Source: Candidatus Multivoradales bacterium
GTDB taxonomy: Bacteria; Acidobacteriota; Thermoanaerobaculia; Multivoradales; JAHEKO01
DNA: 64,000 nt
Direction: 5' to 3'
NCBI GenBank assembly: GCA_965223155.1
Contig: CBDCVR010000014.1
Span: 64,001-128,000 of the forward strand
Shown: positions 40,844 to 50,134 of the stretch, piece by piece
Position numbering within the stretch: the stretch's first letter is position 1
Layout of the letters: each line of letters begins with the position of its first letter
Notes under the pieces: generated by a model
What the model was told of the DNA's origin: nothing
Databases searched by the model: none
Seen by the model: only the letters and a program-made list of their open reading frames with translations
Translations under genes and position numbers: made by a program

Positions 40844-41829
40844 TTCGAGGAAGAACGAGGCCGCGGCCCTGCGGGAGGCTGCCCGCCCTGCTTGCGGCCC
40901 TGCTCTGCACGGGCCTGGCCTGCGCGGACCGGAACGAACCCGTGGAGGTGGATCGAGGTGTCCAGGATTCGTCCCAGGCGATCTCGCCTCGAGTCGCGCC
41001 CTCGACAAGCGCCCTGCCGCTGGCGCTGCCGCGCGCCCGGGCCGGGCGCGTCGCCCCGCCAGCAGACGAATATTGGGTCGCTGCCGCCCGGCGGGCCGCG
41101 CCGACGCTGATGGAGGCAGGCTGCGGTCCCTATCGGTGGCTGGGCGTCGAATCCGCGCGGCCACTCCTGACCGACTGCCGGCGCATCGTCGCGCGTGTCG
41201 AATCCGACTACGTGGAGATCTTCCGGCTCGAGCTCACCGGCAGCGCCCGCGGAGCCATCCTGGCATTCCCGACCCGCGCCGCTCTCGGCGACTTCGCGGC
41301 CTCCGTGGGGAGCGGTCCGGGCGCCGGCTACGCCGGATTCACCCGCCCCGCGCGCGGCATCGTCGCCCTCTACGCGGGAGGCGATCGTGCGGCCCTCGCA
41401 GCGACGCTGACCCACGAGCTCGCGCATCTTCTCCACCGGCGCGCCCTGGGACCGGATCTCGGCATCGCCGCGCCATGGCTCTCGGAAGGACTCGCCGACG
41501 CCCTGGCCGACACGGTGCCGGACGCGGCCCATGCCCGCCGCCTGTGGCAGGCCCGAAGCGGAGGCCGTGCCGACTCGGTCGGAACCGTGCTCCGGCGCCG
41601 ACGAAGCGACTTCGACCGGGGCCCGGCCCGCTTCGACTACGAGACCAGCGCACTCCTAGTGCGGTTCTTGCTCATGGACGCGGATTTGGGGCCTCGCTTC
41701 ATTCGGGCACTCCGGGATCTCGCCGGCCGCGTCCCATACCATCCGGACCGCTTCCTCGAGACCCTGGGGGTCGGGGCCGCTGAGCTGGATCGGCGCTTCG
41801 GCCTCTGGCTCGACCGCCAAGCTCAGTAG
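40840..41829 (+). CDS. HEXXH gluzincin-like peptidase, probable lipoprotein; start uncertain
   Basis: THELAH..WLSEGLA; in-frame signal/lipobox LLAALLCTGLAC lies upstream of the first GTG (40942). Confidence 0.65.
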   Translation: MIRGRTRPRPCGRLPALLAALLCTGLACADRNEPVEVDRGVQDSSQAISPRVAPSTSALPLALPRARAGRVAPPADEYWVAAARRAAPTLMEAGCGPYRWLGVESARPLLTDCRRIVARVESDYVEIFRLELTGSARGAILAFPTRAALGDFAASVGSGPGAGYAGFTRPARGIVALYAGGDRAALAATLTHELAHLLHRRALGPDLGIAAPWLSEGLADALADTVPDAAHARRLWQARSGGRADSVGTVLRRRRSDFDRGPARFDYETSALLVRFLLMDADLGPRFIRALRDLAGRVPYHPDRFLETLGVGAAELDRRFGLWLDRQAQ

Positions 41830-42344
41830 AGGTCCGGGTTCTTGAGCGCGACCAGCGCCAGCACAACCGCCTGCTCGTAGAGCTCGCGCCTATCGACCCC
41901 GCCTCCGGTCAGAAGACCGACAGCGCCCGCCTTCTGCTTCGAGTTGCTCTCGCCGAAGACGGCATCGTCAGCGTCCCCCAGCTCCATCCCGGAGCGAACC
42001 AACCGCGCCACTGCCTCGGGCAAGAAGAAGGTCGCCGAGCGCGAGCGGCCGCGTACGGTCGACGTGAGCACTTCGACCCAGGCAAAGGCGGCCATGCCGG
42101 CTTCGCCGTCCTGAATCCCGCCCTCGATTCCCGCCCAGTGATCGCCTTCGGGGTAGCGCTCGCGCGCCGCCCGTACCCGGCCCGAGGCGCCCCTGCGGGT
42201 CTCGGCGTCGGATCGGGGCTGATCGGGCACCCCGGACGGCACCGACACCGCCTCGAGGTCAGCGATCGGCAATCCCATCCGCTGGTAGGCGGCCCGAACG
42301 GCTTCGACCTTGACCGGATTCCGGGACGCCACCACCACGCGCAT
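41823..42344 (-). CDS. yjjX: Inosine/xanthosine triphosphatase
   Basis: ASRNPVK, VPSGVPDQP, GIEGG, GMELG, KQKAGAVGLLT. Confidence 0.92.
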   Translation of the reverse strand: MRVVVASRNPVKVEAVRAAYQRMGLPIADLEAVSVPSGVPDQPRSDAETRRGASGRVRAARERYPEGDHWAGIEGGIQDGEAGMAAFAWVEVLTSTVRGRSRSATFFLPEAVARLVRSGMELGDADDAVFGESNSKQKAGAVGLLTGGGVDRRELYEQAVVLALVALKNPDLY

Positions 42345-42441
42345 CACCGAGATTCTAGCCCGCGCTTCGGACCGTCCCGCACCGCGAAGCCGCAAGTGCC
42401 TGAGCCCGCGGCGCTTCGCTCACGCGCGGCGTAGCAGGCCG

Positions 42442-42542
42442 GAAAGAAGAAAAGACCGCCCTTGCCAGTCGGGGAGTGGAGCGAGTGAGCAATCGAGCCG
42501 AGTTACTTGATTTCTCTCTGCGCCCGAGACAAGGGCGGCCTT
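42442..42542 (-). terminator. Extended hairpin plus U-tract downstream of OmpA gene
   Basis: AAGGCCGCCCUUGUC/GGCAAGGGCGGUCUU stem, inner UCGGG/CCCGA, followed by a U-rich tail (UUCUUCUUU). Confidence 0.6.
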
Positions 42543-42562
42543 GAGACCAATGAAACTGTACG

Positions 42563-43183
42563 CTACTTGAGAACTACGAGTGCGACCCTCCGGTTTGCGC
42601 TTCGGCCCTCGCGCTCGGCGTTGTCGGCCTTCGGAGCCGACTCGCCGTACGAGATGACCGACATTCGATGCAGCGCCAGACCGTGCTCGCGGCTGAGATA
42701 GCGCCGAACCTGTTCGGCACGCTCCTCGCCCAGCGCCAGGTTGTACCGCTCGGGGCCCGTCGCGTCGGTGTGCCCCTGGATCTCGATGTAGACGTCTTCG
42801 TTGCGGCTCCTGAGAGCGGCCGCGAACTCGTCGAGAGCGGCACGCGCGGACTCCGACAGCTCGGAGCGGTCGAAGCCGAAGGTCACCTTATCGGCCGAGA
42901 GCACCATCTCGTACAAGAACTTGCCTTCGGCGAGGTGCCCAGCGGCGATTGCCCGTTCGAGAGCGTCATTCGCGGTCGCCGAGACCTCTTCGATCTGCGC
43001 GTCGTGCTCGGCCATCTTGCGCTGGCCGTCCTCGACCTGAGACTGGAGCGTGTCGATCTCTTCGCTCGCCCACGCCTCGGTTTCCTCGATCGAGGCCTGG
43101 ACGTACTTCTTGGTCGCGCAGCCCGTGCTTGCCAGGGCCAGCCCAGCCACGATCACTCCGACGACTCGCGCGGTTCGTTGCAT
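42563..43183 (-). CDS. OmpA-family lipoprotein
   Basis: Lipobox STGC, FGFDRSEL, IQGHTD, YNLALGEERA, ISYGE, NRRV. Confidence 0.93.
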   Translation of the reverse strand: MQRTARVVGVIVAGLALASTGCATKKYVQASIEETEAWASEEIDTLQSQVEDGQRKMAEHDAQIEEVSATANDALERAIAAGHLAEGKFLYEMVLSADKVTFGFDRSELSESARAALDEFAAALRSRNEDVYIEIQGHTDATGPERYNLALGEERAEQVRRYLSREHGLALHRMSVISYGESAPKADNAEREGRSANRRVALVVLK

Positions 43184-43231
43184 CTTCTTGCTCTCCCCTA
43201 GGTGGTTACCCATTTCCCATTTCCCGCGGCC

Positions 43232-43837
43232 TCAGCCGGCGGCGGCGCCCGTAGACGCCCGGCGGCCCTTCTCCGCCTTGTCTCCCATCCCGCGAGCGAC
43301 CGCCGCCGTTCGGTTTCCCGACGCCGACTTGGAGGACGCCGTGTTCGCCTCGCCCTTCTTCGAGGCTCGATCGGCCTTGGCCGCCATCGCCTCGACGTCT
43401 TCCGCCGCCGTCCCCGGCTGCATGTCGATGCTCCCCTTGAACTTGGATCCGTTCTCCAAGTTGACCCGTGGCGCCGTCACGTTGCCCCGCACCCGGCCCG
43501 ATTCGCGGATCACCACCTGCTCGTCTCCGAACAGGTTGCCGTTCACCTGGCCCTCGACGCAGATGCTCTTCCCGAAGACATCGGCCTTGACCCGTCCGCT
43601 CTCGGACACCGTGACCTTGTGGCCCTCGACGTGAATCTGGCCCTCGACGGTGCCCTCGATGATCAGGTCTTCCTTGCCGGACAGATTGCCTGAGATCGAG
43701 ATGGACGGACCCAGGCTGGCGACCCTGTCCCGGCCCGAAGCCCGGGCCGGCTCGGAGGCGGTTCGCGCGCTAGCCTCGGAGCCGCGAGCCGTCCGCGGCT
43801 GAGAGATCGGTTCGTCTGAGCCCTTGTTCCACACCAC
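43232..43837 (-). CDS. Bactofilin (polymer-forming cytoskeletal protein)
   Basis: LGPSISISGNLSGKEDLIIEGTVEG..VRGNVTAPRVNLENGSKFKGSIDM; AAGGAGGT RBS. Confidence 0.93.
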   Translation of the reverse strand: MVWNKGSDEPISQPRTARGSEASARTASEPARASGRDRVASLGPSISISGNLSGKEDLIIEGTVEGQIHVEGHKVTVSESGRVKADVFGKSICVEGQVNGNLFGDEQVVIRESGRVRGNVTAPRVNLENGSKFKGSIDMQPGTAAEDVEAMAAKADRASKKGEANTASSKSASGNRTAAVARGMGDKAEKGRRASTGAAAG

Positions 43838-43865
43838 TCGATACCTCCTTCAGCTAATGCACGAC

Positions 43866-43881
43866 GCAACGCTGATGCCAA
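43866..43881 (-). promoter_or_regulatory. Sigma-54 (-24/-12) promoter for bactofilin-OmpA
   Basis: TTGGCATCAGCGTTGC matches TGGCA(C/T)-N5-TTGC. Confidence 0.75.
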
Positions 43882-43968
43882 GTTCTCTCGACCTCTTGGA
43901 AGTCGTTGTCCTGCAATAGCTTAGGCTCGATTCTTGGAAGATCCGCGTGCATCCGCCGATATCGAATG

Positions 43969-43983
43969 CGGAAAACTTTTCCG
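43969..43983. promoter_or_regulatory. Palindromic candidate enhancer (UAS)
   Basis: CGGAAAA-C-TTTTCCG about 90 bp upstream of the -24 box; related ACTTTTCCCG at about 44005-44014. Confidence 0.55.
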
Positions 43984-44020
43984 TTCCGGCACGAATCGGG
44001 GCTAGACTTTTCCCGTCTTC

Positions 44021-45400
44021 ATGAGCGACGAATCGATCAAGGTTCTCGTTGTCGATGACGAGGCCGCCATGCGCGAGGTGCTGGAGCTGCGCTTGGACCA
44101 GGCCGGCTTCGAGGTCCACCTGGCCGAGAGCGGTGAGGAGGCGCGGGACGCTGTCGACGCGGTCGCGCCCGATCTCGTGCTGTCGGACGTCGTGCTGCCG
44201 GACGCCAATGGCGTCGAGCTGTTGGACGCGCTCCGGGGCGGCGACGAGAACCGGCCGATCATCTTGATGACGGCCTACGGCACCGTCGACTCGGCGGTCG
44301 AGGCCATGAAGCTCGGGGCCTTCGATTTCCTGACCAAGCCGCTCGACTACAACCAGCTCGAGCAAACCCTGGGCGCCGCCTGCCGCAAGCTCACCGAACG
44401 CCGAGAAGCCCGGATCCTGGAAGGGCGCCTGGCAACCAACGGCGGCTACGGACCGTTCGTTGGCACCTCCAGGGTGATGCGGCGGATGTACGAGACGCTC
44501 GAGCTCCTGGCGGGCAACGACGCCACGGCCCTGATCGTCGGCGCCAGCGGCACCGGCAAGGAGCTGGCGGCGCGGACGCTCCACGACGCCGGCCGGCGCC
44601 GGCGCGGACCTTTCATCGCCGTCAACATGGCCGCCCTGCCCGAGACCCTCACCGAGCGCGAGCTCTTCGGCCATTCCCGCGGCGCCTTTACCGGAGCCGA
44701 CCGCTCGAAGCCCGGCCTCTTCGAGAGCGCGCACGAAGGCACGCTCTTTCTAGACGAGATCTGCGAGATGCCAATCGCTCTCCAGCCGAAGCTGCTCCGG
44801 GCTCTGGAAGAAGGCACCGTACGCCGTCTCGGCTCCTCCACTTCCAAGCGGGTCGATGTCCGCATCGTGGCGGCCACCAACCGCGACCCGCAGAGGGCCA
44901 TCCGCGATGGCCGGCTGCGCGAGGACCTCTTTTATCGGCTGAGTGTCTTCACCGTCCAGGTGCCGCCGCTGTCCACCCGGCGGGATGACCTGCCGCTGCT
45001 GGCGCAGGCGTTCGTCCGGCGCTTCAACGCCAAGCATTCGACGGTGGTGGAAGGAGTCTCGGCGGCGGCTCTCGCGCGGCTACAGCAGCACTCCTGGCCG
45101 GGCAACGTGCGCGAGCTACGCAACGTCCTGGAGCGCGCGGTCATCCTGACCAAATCCGGCTGGATCGAAGAGCATCACCTGCCCGAGTTCCTGCGGGAAG
45201 AGGGCAACGCCGCCACCGGAGACCACATCGCCGTGCCCGTCGGCTCGACCGTGGCCGAGGCCGAGCGCATCCTGATCCTCGAGACGTTGAAGCGCCTGGA
45301 CAACAACCGCTCGCAGACTGCCCGCGCCCTCGGCGTTACCGCGCGCACCATCCGCAACAAGCTCAAGGCATACCGCGAAGACCATGAAAGTCGCGACTAA
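44021..45400 (+). CDS. Sigma-54-dependent response regulator (NtrC family)
   Basis: Receiver VVDDE/LSD/TAYG/KP, GASGTGKE, GAFTGA, FLDEI, WPGNVREL, Fis-type HTH. Confidence 0.96.
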   Translation: MSDESIKVLVVDDEAAMREVLELRLDQAGFEVHLAESGEEARDAVDAVAPDLVLSDVVLPDANGVELLDALRGGDENRPIILMTAYGTVDSAVEAMKLGAFDFLTKPLDYNQLEQTLGAACRKLTERREARILEGRLATNGGYGPFVGTSRVMRRMYETLELLAGNDATALIVGASGTGKELAARTLHDAGRRRRGPFIAVNMAALPETLTERELFGHSRGAFTGADRSKPGLFESAHEGTLFLDEICEMPIALQPKLLRALEEGTVRRLGSSTSKRVDVRIVAATNRDPQRAIRDGRLREDLFYRLSVFTVQVPPLSTRRDDLPLLAQAFVRRFNAKHSTVVEGVSAAALARLQQHSWPGNVRELRNVLERAVILTKSGWIEEHHLPEFLREEGNAATGDHIAVPVGSTVAEAERILILETLKRLDNNRSQTARALGVTARTIRNKLKAYREDHESRD

Positions 45401-46931
45401 GGTTGCCGCCGCGTCGGGCCTTTGGGCCGCCGCCCTTCTGGCGGTGCTCTTCTTCAACTTGGTGCAAGTGCGCAGCCTGGCCTCCGAGAACCGGCGTATC
45501 GCCGACGTCGAGCTGCGTGCCACCACCCTCGCGCTCGAACAGCAGCGGACCCTCGCCACCGTCGATAGCTTCGTGCGCAAGCTCTTCGTGACTCGGGATC
45601 CCGCGTACGCCGCCCGGCTGGAACCGTTGCGCCGATCGTTCGCCGAGAACCTGATCGCCCTCCAGCAGCTACCCCTGTCGGACGAGCTCGTGCACGAAGT
45701 CGAAGCGATGAGCAGGCTCTGGTCCGAGATCCCCTTTACCGACATCATTCGCGAAACCGTCGCGCCGGTGCCCGACGTCCAGCACGAGGCCGAATCCGGG
45801 CTCGGATCTGGAGACCGGCCCGTGGGCGATCTGCCGGAAGTGTTCCTGCAGCTTTCGCATTCGCTAGCCGATCGGGCCACCACCATGGTGGGGCTGACCG
45901 AGGCCGGGGTCGGCCGCGTGGCCGTTCAGTCCGCGGAGGCCAGCGACCGGGCGCTCAGGATCTCCTGGATCGTGGCTCTGACCGGCCTCAGCCTCTCCCT
46001 GCCTCTGTTGTGGTTTACGGTCAACTCCATCCGCAAGCCGCTCCAGCGCCTGGCGCGGGGTACCCAGGCGGTCGCGCACGGCGAGTACTCGGTGCACCTC
46101 CGGAGCGAGAGCACCGACGAGTTCGCCCCGGTCACGGATAGCTTCAACAAGATGGCCGAACGGCTCGAAGAGCTGGACCGCGCCAAGCGCGACTTCCTCT
46201 CCCACGTCTCCCACGAGCTCAAGACTCCGCTCGCCGCCATGTACGAGACCGACTCGTTGCTGCTGGAAGAAGTTCCTGGCAGCCTGACCGACAAGCAGAA
46301 GCGCCTGCTGGAGTTGAGCCTCGAGAACAACCGGCGGTTGGAAACCATGATCACCAAGCTCCTGGACCTGTCCCAGCTCGAGGAGGGAGCGCTCGAGTAC
46401 AACTTCGAGCAGCACGAGCTCAACGAGATCCTGGCGGCGGTGATCGAGGCCCACGCCGCCGCTGCCTGGGCCCGCGGAGTCTCCCTGTCGCTGGCCACCA
46501 GCCAGCCGATTCACGCCTTCTGCGACCGAGACCGCATCATCCAGGTGCTCGGAAATCTGATCGAGAACGGCATCCGGCATGCTCCCGAGGGCTCTGCCAT
46601 CGGCATCGACATCACCACCGACCTGGACGGCGAGACCCAGCTGCGCGTCCCTCAGACCGACTGCGCCGTGGTCCAGGTGGCCGATCGGGGCCCCGGCGTT
46701 CCCGAGGAGGAGAAGGAGCGGATCTTCGAGAAGTTCCACCAGATCCGAACCGAGGGACGCAGCAGCGGCGGCAGCGTCGGCCTCGGGCTCGCCATCTCAC
46801 GTGAGATCGTGGACGCCCACGGCGGGGCGCTCTGGGTCAGCGATCGTGACGGCGGCGGGGCGTTGTTCTCGCTCGCGCTGCCGCGCGAAGAAACACCGAT
46901 CCAAGCGGTTGGGGGCAGGGTCTCGGCATGA
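45384..46931 (+). CDS. HAMP sensor histidine kinase
   Basis: Two TM, HAMP, SHELKTPL, NLIENG, DRGPG, GLGLAI. Confidence 0.95.
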   Translation: MKVATKVAAASGLWAAALLAVLFFNLVQVRSLASENRRIADVELRATTLALEQQRTLATVDSFVRKLFVTRDPAYAARLEPLRRSFAENLIALQQLPLSDELVHEVEAMSRLWSEIPFTDIIRETVAPVPDVQHEAESGLGSGDRPVGDLPEVFLQLSHSLADRATTMVGLTEAGVGRVAVQSAEASDRALRISWIVALTGLSLSLPLLWFTVNSIRKPLQRLARGTQAVAHGEYSVHLRSESTDEFAPVTDSFNKMAERLEELDRAKRDFLSHVSHELKTPLAAMYETDSLLLEEVPGSLTDKQKRLLELSLENNRRLETMITKLLDLSQLEEGALEYNFEQHELNEILAAVIEAHAAAAWARGVSLSLATSQPIHAFCDRDRIIQVLGNLIENGIRHAPEGSAIGIDITTDLDGETQLRVPQTDCAVVQVADRGPGVPEEEKERIFEKFHQIRTEGRSSGGSVGLGLAISREIVDAHGGALWVSDRDGGGALFSLALPREETPIQAVGGRVSA

Positions 46932-47569
46932 CGGGCCGCAGGACGCCCGCCCGCGGGAAGACCTATCCCGGCTCGCGAACTCGGCACGCGGACATCGCGC
47001 GCTTGCTGGCGGCAGTCGCGATCCTGGCGGCGGCGTGGCTCGCCGGGTGCGCCACCGCCCCGGCCCCCGGTGACCGCCTGTTCGAGAGCGGCGACCTTAC
47101 CGGCGCCAGAGACGCCTATCTGGCCCAGCTCGAAGAGCAGGGTTCCGGCCGATCCGCCGAGCGGGCCCTCTTCCGGCTCGGCCTCATCTACCTCCACCCG
47201 GAGAGTCCGCTCTTCGACCCCGAGGAAGGCGAGACGGTGCTGGAGCGTCTGAGCGCGGCCGAGCCCACTAGCGCGTACGCTCGGCAGGCTAGCCTGCTCC
47301 TGGGGGTCCAGGCGGAAGTCAACACCCTACGGGCCGCGGTCGCCGAGCAGGCCGAGCTCCGCCAGGAGCTCGAGTCCGCGCTTTCCGAGGCACGCGACTC
47401 CGCGACTCTCCAGGAGGTCCGGTTCCAGGCCCGCGAGAAGAACCTGTCCAACCTGAGTACTGCCCTGGCCCGGCTCAAGAAGGAGATCGAGCGGCTTACC
47501 GAGGAGGTGGCCGCCCGAGAAGACGAGCTCGAGCGCCTGAAGGCGATCGATCTGGACGGCCCGCCCTAG
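46928..47569 (+). CDS. Lipoprotein with TPR-like helices and coiled coil (QseG-like position)
   Basis: Lipobox LAGC, ALFRLGLIY, C-terminal ELERLKAIDL; ATGA overlap with kinase. Confidence 0.8.
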   Translation: MTGRRTPARGKTYPGSRTRHADIARLLAAVAILAAAWLAGCATAPAPGDRLFESGDLTGARDAYLAQLEEQGSGRSAERALFRLGLIYLHPESPLFDPEEGETVLERLSAAEPTSAYARQASLLLGVQAEVNTLRAAVAEQAELRQELESALSEARDSATLQEVRFQAREKNLSNLSTALARLKKEIERLTEEVAAREDELERLKAIDLDGPP

Positions 47570-47705
47570 GGCTTGCTGAAAACTCGTGCGGGTTGCGTTG
47601 CGGGCGCCGTGGCTGTCACGGGCAGGTGGCGCGACGCAGGCGATGCCGAAGCATCCCAGTAGCGCCAATGCCCCGCGGCTGCCACGCCTCCGCAACCCGA
47701 AGGGC
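47566..47705. repeat. Nested-palindrome intergenic element, possible MITE remnant
   Basis: CGGGTTGCG/CGCAACCCG, CGTGGC/GCCACG, TGGCGC/GCGCCA, GATGC-CGAA-GCATC. Confidence 0.5.
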
Positions 47706-47707
47706 GG

Positions 47708-49927
47708 CTACTCGCCGCCCAGCTCCGTCCAAAGATGGGCGTAGGCCAGGGCCAGCCGATGGGCGAGCTGCTCGTTGGTGCTGGAGCCGCCGTGGCCGCC
47801 TTCCAAGTTCTCGTAGTAGCGAACCTCTTGCCCTAGCTCGAGCAACCGGGCCGCCAGCTTGCGCGCGTGGCCCGGATGCACCCGATCGTCCCGAGTGGAG
47901 GTGAAGAAGAAGACCGGCGGGTACTCGGTGTCCGGCCGCAGGTTGTGGTACGGCGAATAGGTCTCAAGATAACTCCACATGTCGGGATCGTCGGGATCTC
48001 CGAACTCGGCCATCCAGCTCGCTCCCGCCAGGAGCTTGTGGTACCGCCTCATGTCGGTGAGAGGAACGCCGCAGATGACCGCGCCATAGAGCTCGGGCCG
48101 CCGTGCCAGGGTCGCCGAGACCAGGAGCCCGCCGTTGCTCCGCCCCTCGATTCCCAGGTGCTCGGGGGTGGTCACCCCGCGCCGTGCCAGATCCTCGGCC
48201 ACCGCCTCGAAGTCCTCGAAGGCCTTGTGGCGGTTCTTGAGCAGCGCGGCCGCGTGCCAGCCGGGACCAAACTCGCCGCCGCCACGGATGTTGGCCAAGA
48301 CGAAGACACCGCCCCGCTCCAGCCAGAGTTTTCCGTACGAACCAAAGAGCTGCTCGTAGGAGCCCGAGTACGAGGGCGTCAGGGAGTTGCGAAAGCCCCC
48401 GTACGAGAAGATGTGGGTCGGGTTGCCGCCGTCCAGCTCGAGGCCGTCCCGGCCCACCTGGAAGTACGGCACGCGGGTGCCGTCGGCCGACACCGCGAAG
48501 TGCTGCTCGACGGCAAACCGGGATCCGTCGAAGGTGGCTTCCTGGGCCTTGATCGCCCGCGGCTGCCAACCGGGCCCCTCCACGTAGTAGAGAGTCGGCG
48601 GCGTGGTAAAGCTCTCGAACTGAACGAAGAAGCTGCCCGAGTCGTCATCCGAGGTGACCACCCCGAGGGCACCGTTGTCCGGAAACGGGATCGGCCGCCG
48701 CGCCCAGCCGTCGCCCGTCCGGGTGTACCGGTAGAGGCGACCCCGAACATTGTCGAGCATGGTGACCAGAATGGCGTCGCCGGCGACGTCGACGGCTTCG
48801 ACGATCGCGTTCGCCGACGGCTCGACCAGGACGTGGAGATCGGCCGTGGCACCCTCGTACAGACTCGAAGGCGGTGCCACGAGCACGGCGCCGCGCGCCA
48901 GAGTGGTGCCGCCGCGGGTCCAGTCCTCCTTGAGAGACAGCACCAGGCTTCCCTGGAAGACGTCCTCGACAATAGTGCTCTCCGGCATCGCCAGAGGGTG
49001 GAGCTCGCCGGCTGCCAGATGCCGGTACGACCGGGTCCAGAAATCGAGGGCTTCGGTCACCAGATCCAGGTCCCCGGCTTCATCGTGGAAGCGGACGGCT
49101 CCCGCTCCCACCGAGGCCGTGGCGCCTTCAAAGACCAACTCGGCCTCCGCCAGAGGTTGCCCTCGCCGCCACAGTTTGGCGATACGCGGATAGCCGGAGT
49201 CGGTGAGCGAGCCCTCGCCGAAGTCGGTGCCCACGAAGACCGTGTCCCGGTCGATCCAGGAGAGACCGGACTTCGCCACCGGCAGCTCGAAACCGCCGGC
49301 AACGAACTCCAGTGTCTCGGTGTCGAACTCCCGCACCACGGTGGCATCGCCCCCGCCGGGCGACAGCTCCACCAGGCACCGCTTGTAGTCCTTGGGCAGA
49401 CAGTCCATTCCCTTGAAGACCCACTGCACGCCGTCGGCGGCGGCCATGGCGTCGATATCCAGGACGGTCTCCCAGGCGGGTTCGTCCCGTTCGAGCTCGG
49501 CCAGGGTCGTGCGCCGGTAGACGCCCCGCGGATGCTCCTCATCGCGCCAGAAGTTGTACAGATACTGGCCGCGCTGGGTCACCCGGGGGATGCGGGACTG
49601 GGAGTTGAGCGCCGCCAGCGCCTGCTCCTTGAAATCTGCGAACTCGGGATGGGCTTCGAGCTTGGCCGCGCCCTCGGCGTTGCGGGCTCGGACCCAGTCC
49701 AGTGCCCGCTCGCCATCGATGTCTTCGAGCCAGAAATACGGATCTTCGAACTCGCTTTCGTGGGCTGCGTCCGCCGACTGCGTTGCCTCCGCTGCCGCGA
49801 CTGCCTCCGCTGGCGCCGCCGGCTCCGACACCGCTGGCGCCGGCGGTTCGGTATGGGCGCATCCGGCGGTTAGGAGCAGCAGCAACGGTAACGAGACGAT
49901 TGGAGCAGCGAATTTTCGGACCGTCAT
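47708..49927 (-). CDS. Prolyl oligopeptidase (S9A), lipoprotein
   Basis: Lipobox TAGC, DPYFWLED, ANIRGGGEFG, GRSNGG, DDRVHP, GGHG. Confidence 0.95.
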   Translation of the reverse strand: MTVRKFAAPIVSLPLLLLLTAGCAHTEPPAPAVSEPAAPAEAVAAAEATQSADAAHESEFEDPYFWLEDIDGERALDWVRARNAEGAAKLEAHPEFADFKEQALAALNSQSRIPRVTQRGQYLYNFWRDEEHPRGVYRRTTLAELERDEPAWETVLDIDAMAAADGVQWVFKGMDCLPKDYKRCLVELSPGGGDATVVREFDTETLEFVAGGFELPVAKSGLSWIDRDTVFVGTDFGEGSLTDSGYPRIAKLWRRGQPLAEAELVFEGATASVGAGAVRFHDEAGDLDLVTEALDFWTRSYRHLAAGELHPLAMPESTIVEDVFQGSLVLSLKEDWTRGGTTLARGAVLVAPPSSLYEGATADLHVLVEPSANAIVEAVDVAGDAILVTMLDNVRGRLYRYTRTGDGWARRPIPFPDNGALGVVTSDDDSGSFFVQFESFTTPPTLYYVEGPGWQPRAIKAQEATFDGSRFAVEQHFAVSADGTRVPYFQVGRDGLELDGGNPTHIFSYGGFRNSLTPSYSGSYEQLFGSYGKLWLERGGVFVLANIRGGGEFGPGWHAAALLKNRHKAFEDFEAVAEDLARRGVTTPEHLGIEGRSNGGLLVSATLARRPELYGAVICGVPLTDMRRYHKLLAGASWMAEFGDPDDPDMWSYLETYSPYHNLRPDTEYPPVFFFTSTRDDRVHPGHARKLAARLLELGQEVRYYENLEGGHGGSSTNEQLAHRLALAYAHLWTELGGE

Positions 49928-50016
49928 GGAACCTCCCCCGTGGTGGAAGCGCGATGGTAGCAGGCCGGCTCGGGCTCGACCCCCGCCTCGAGACAGCCTC
50001 CAGAATGCCTTCAGGC

Positions 50017-50060
50017 TGGCTCCTGATTGGCTCCTGATTGGCCCCAGACTGGCCCCGGCG
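50017..50060. repeat. Four 11-bp direct repeats in divergent intergenic region
   Basis: TGGCTCCTGAT TGGCTCCTGAT TGGCCCCAGAC TGGCCCCGGCG. Confidence 0.75.
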
Positions 50061-50134
50061 GCCTCGCCTGCCTGCTGGGACCGCCTGATACAGTGCCCGC
50101 GGCCCGTAAAGCGCGGGGCACGACTGGATAGCCA

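Noticed and set aside
42433-42455. SRP RNA-like CAGGCCGGAAAGAAG
   Set aside because: Lacks the AGCAGC partner strand; better explained as the terminator tail on the other strand
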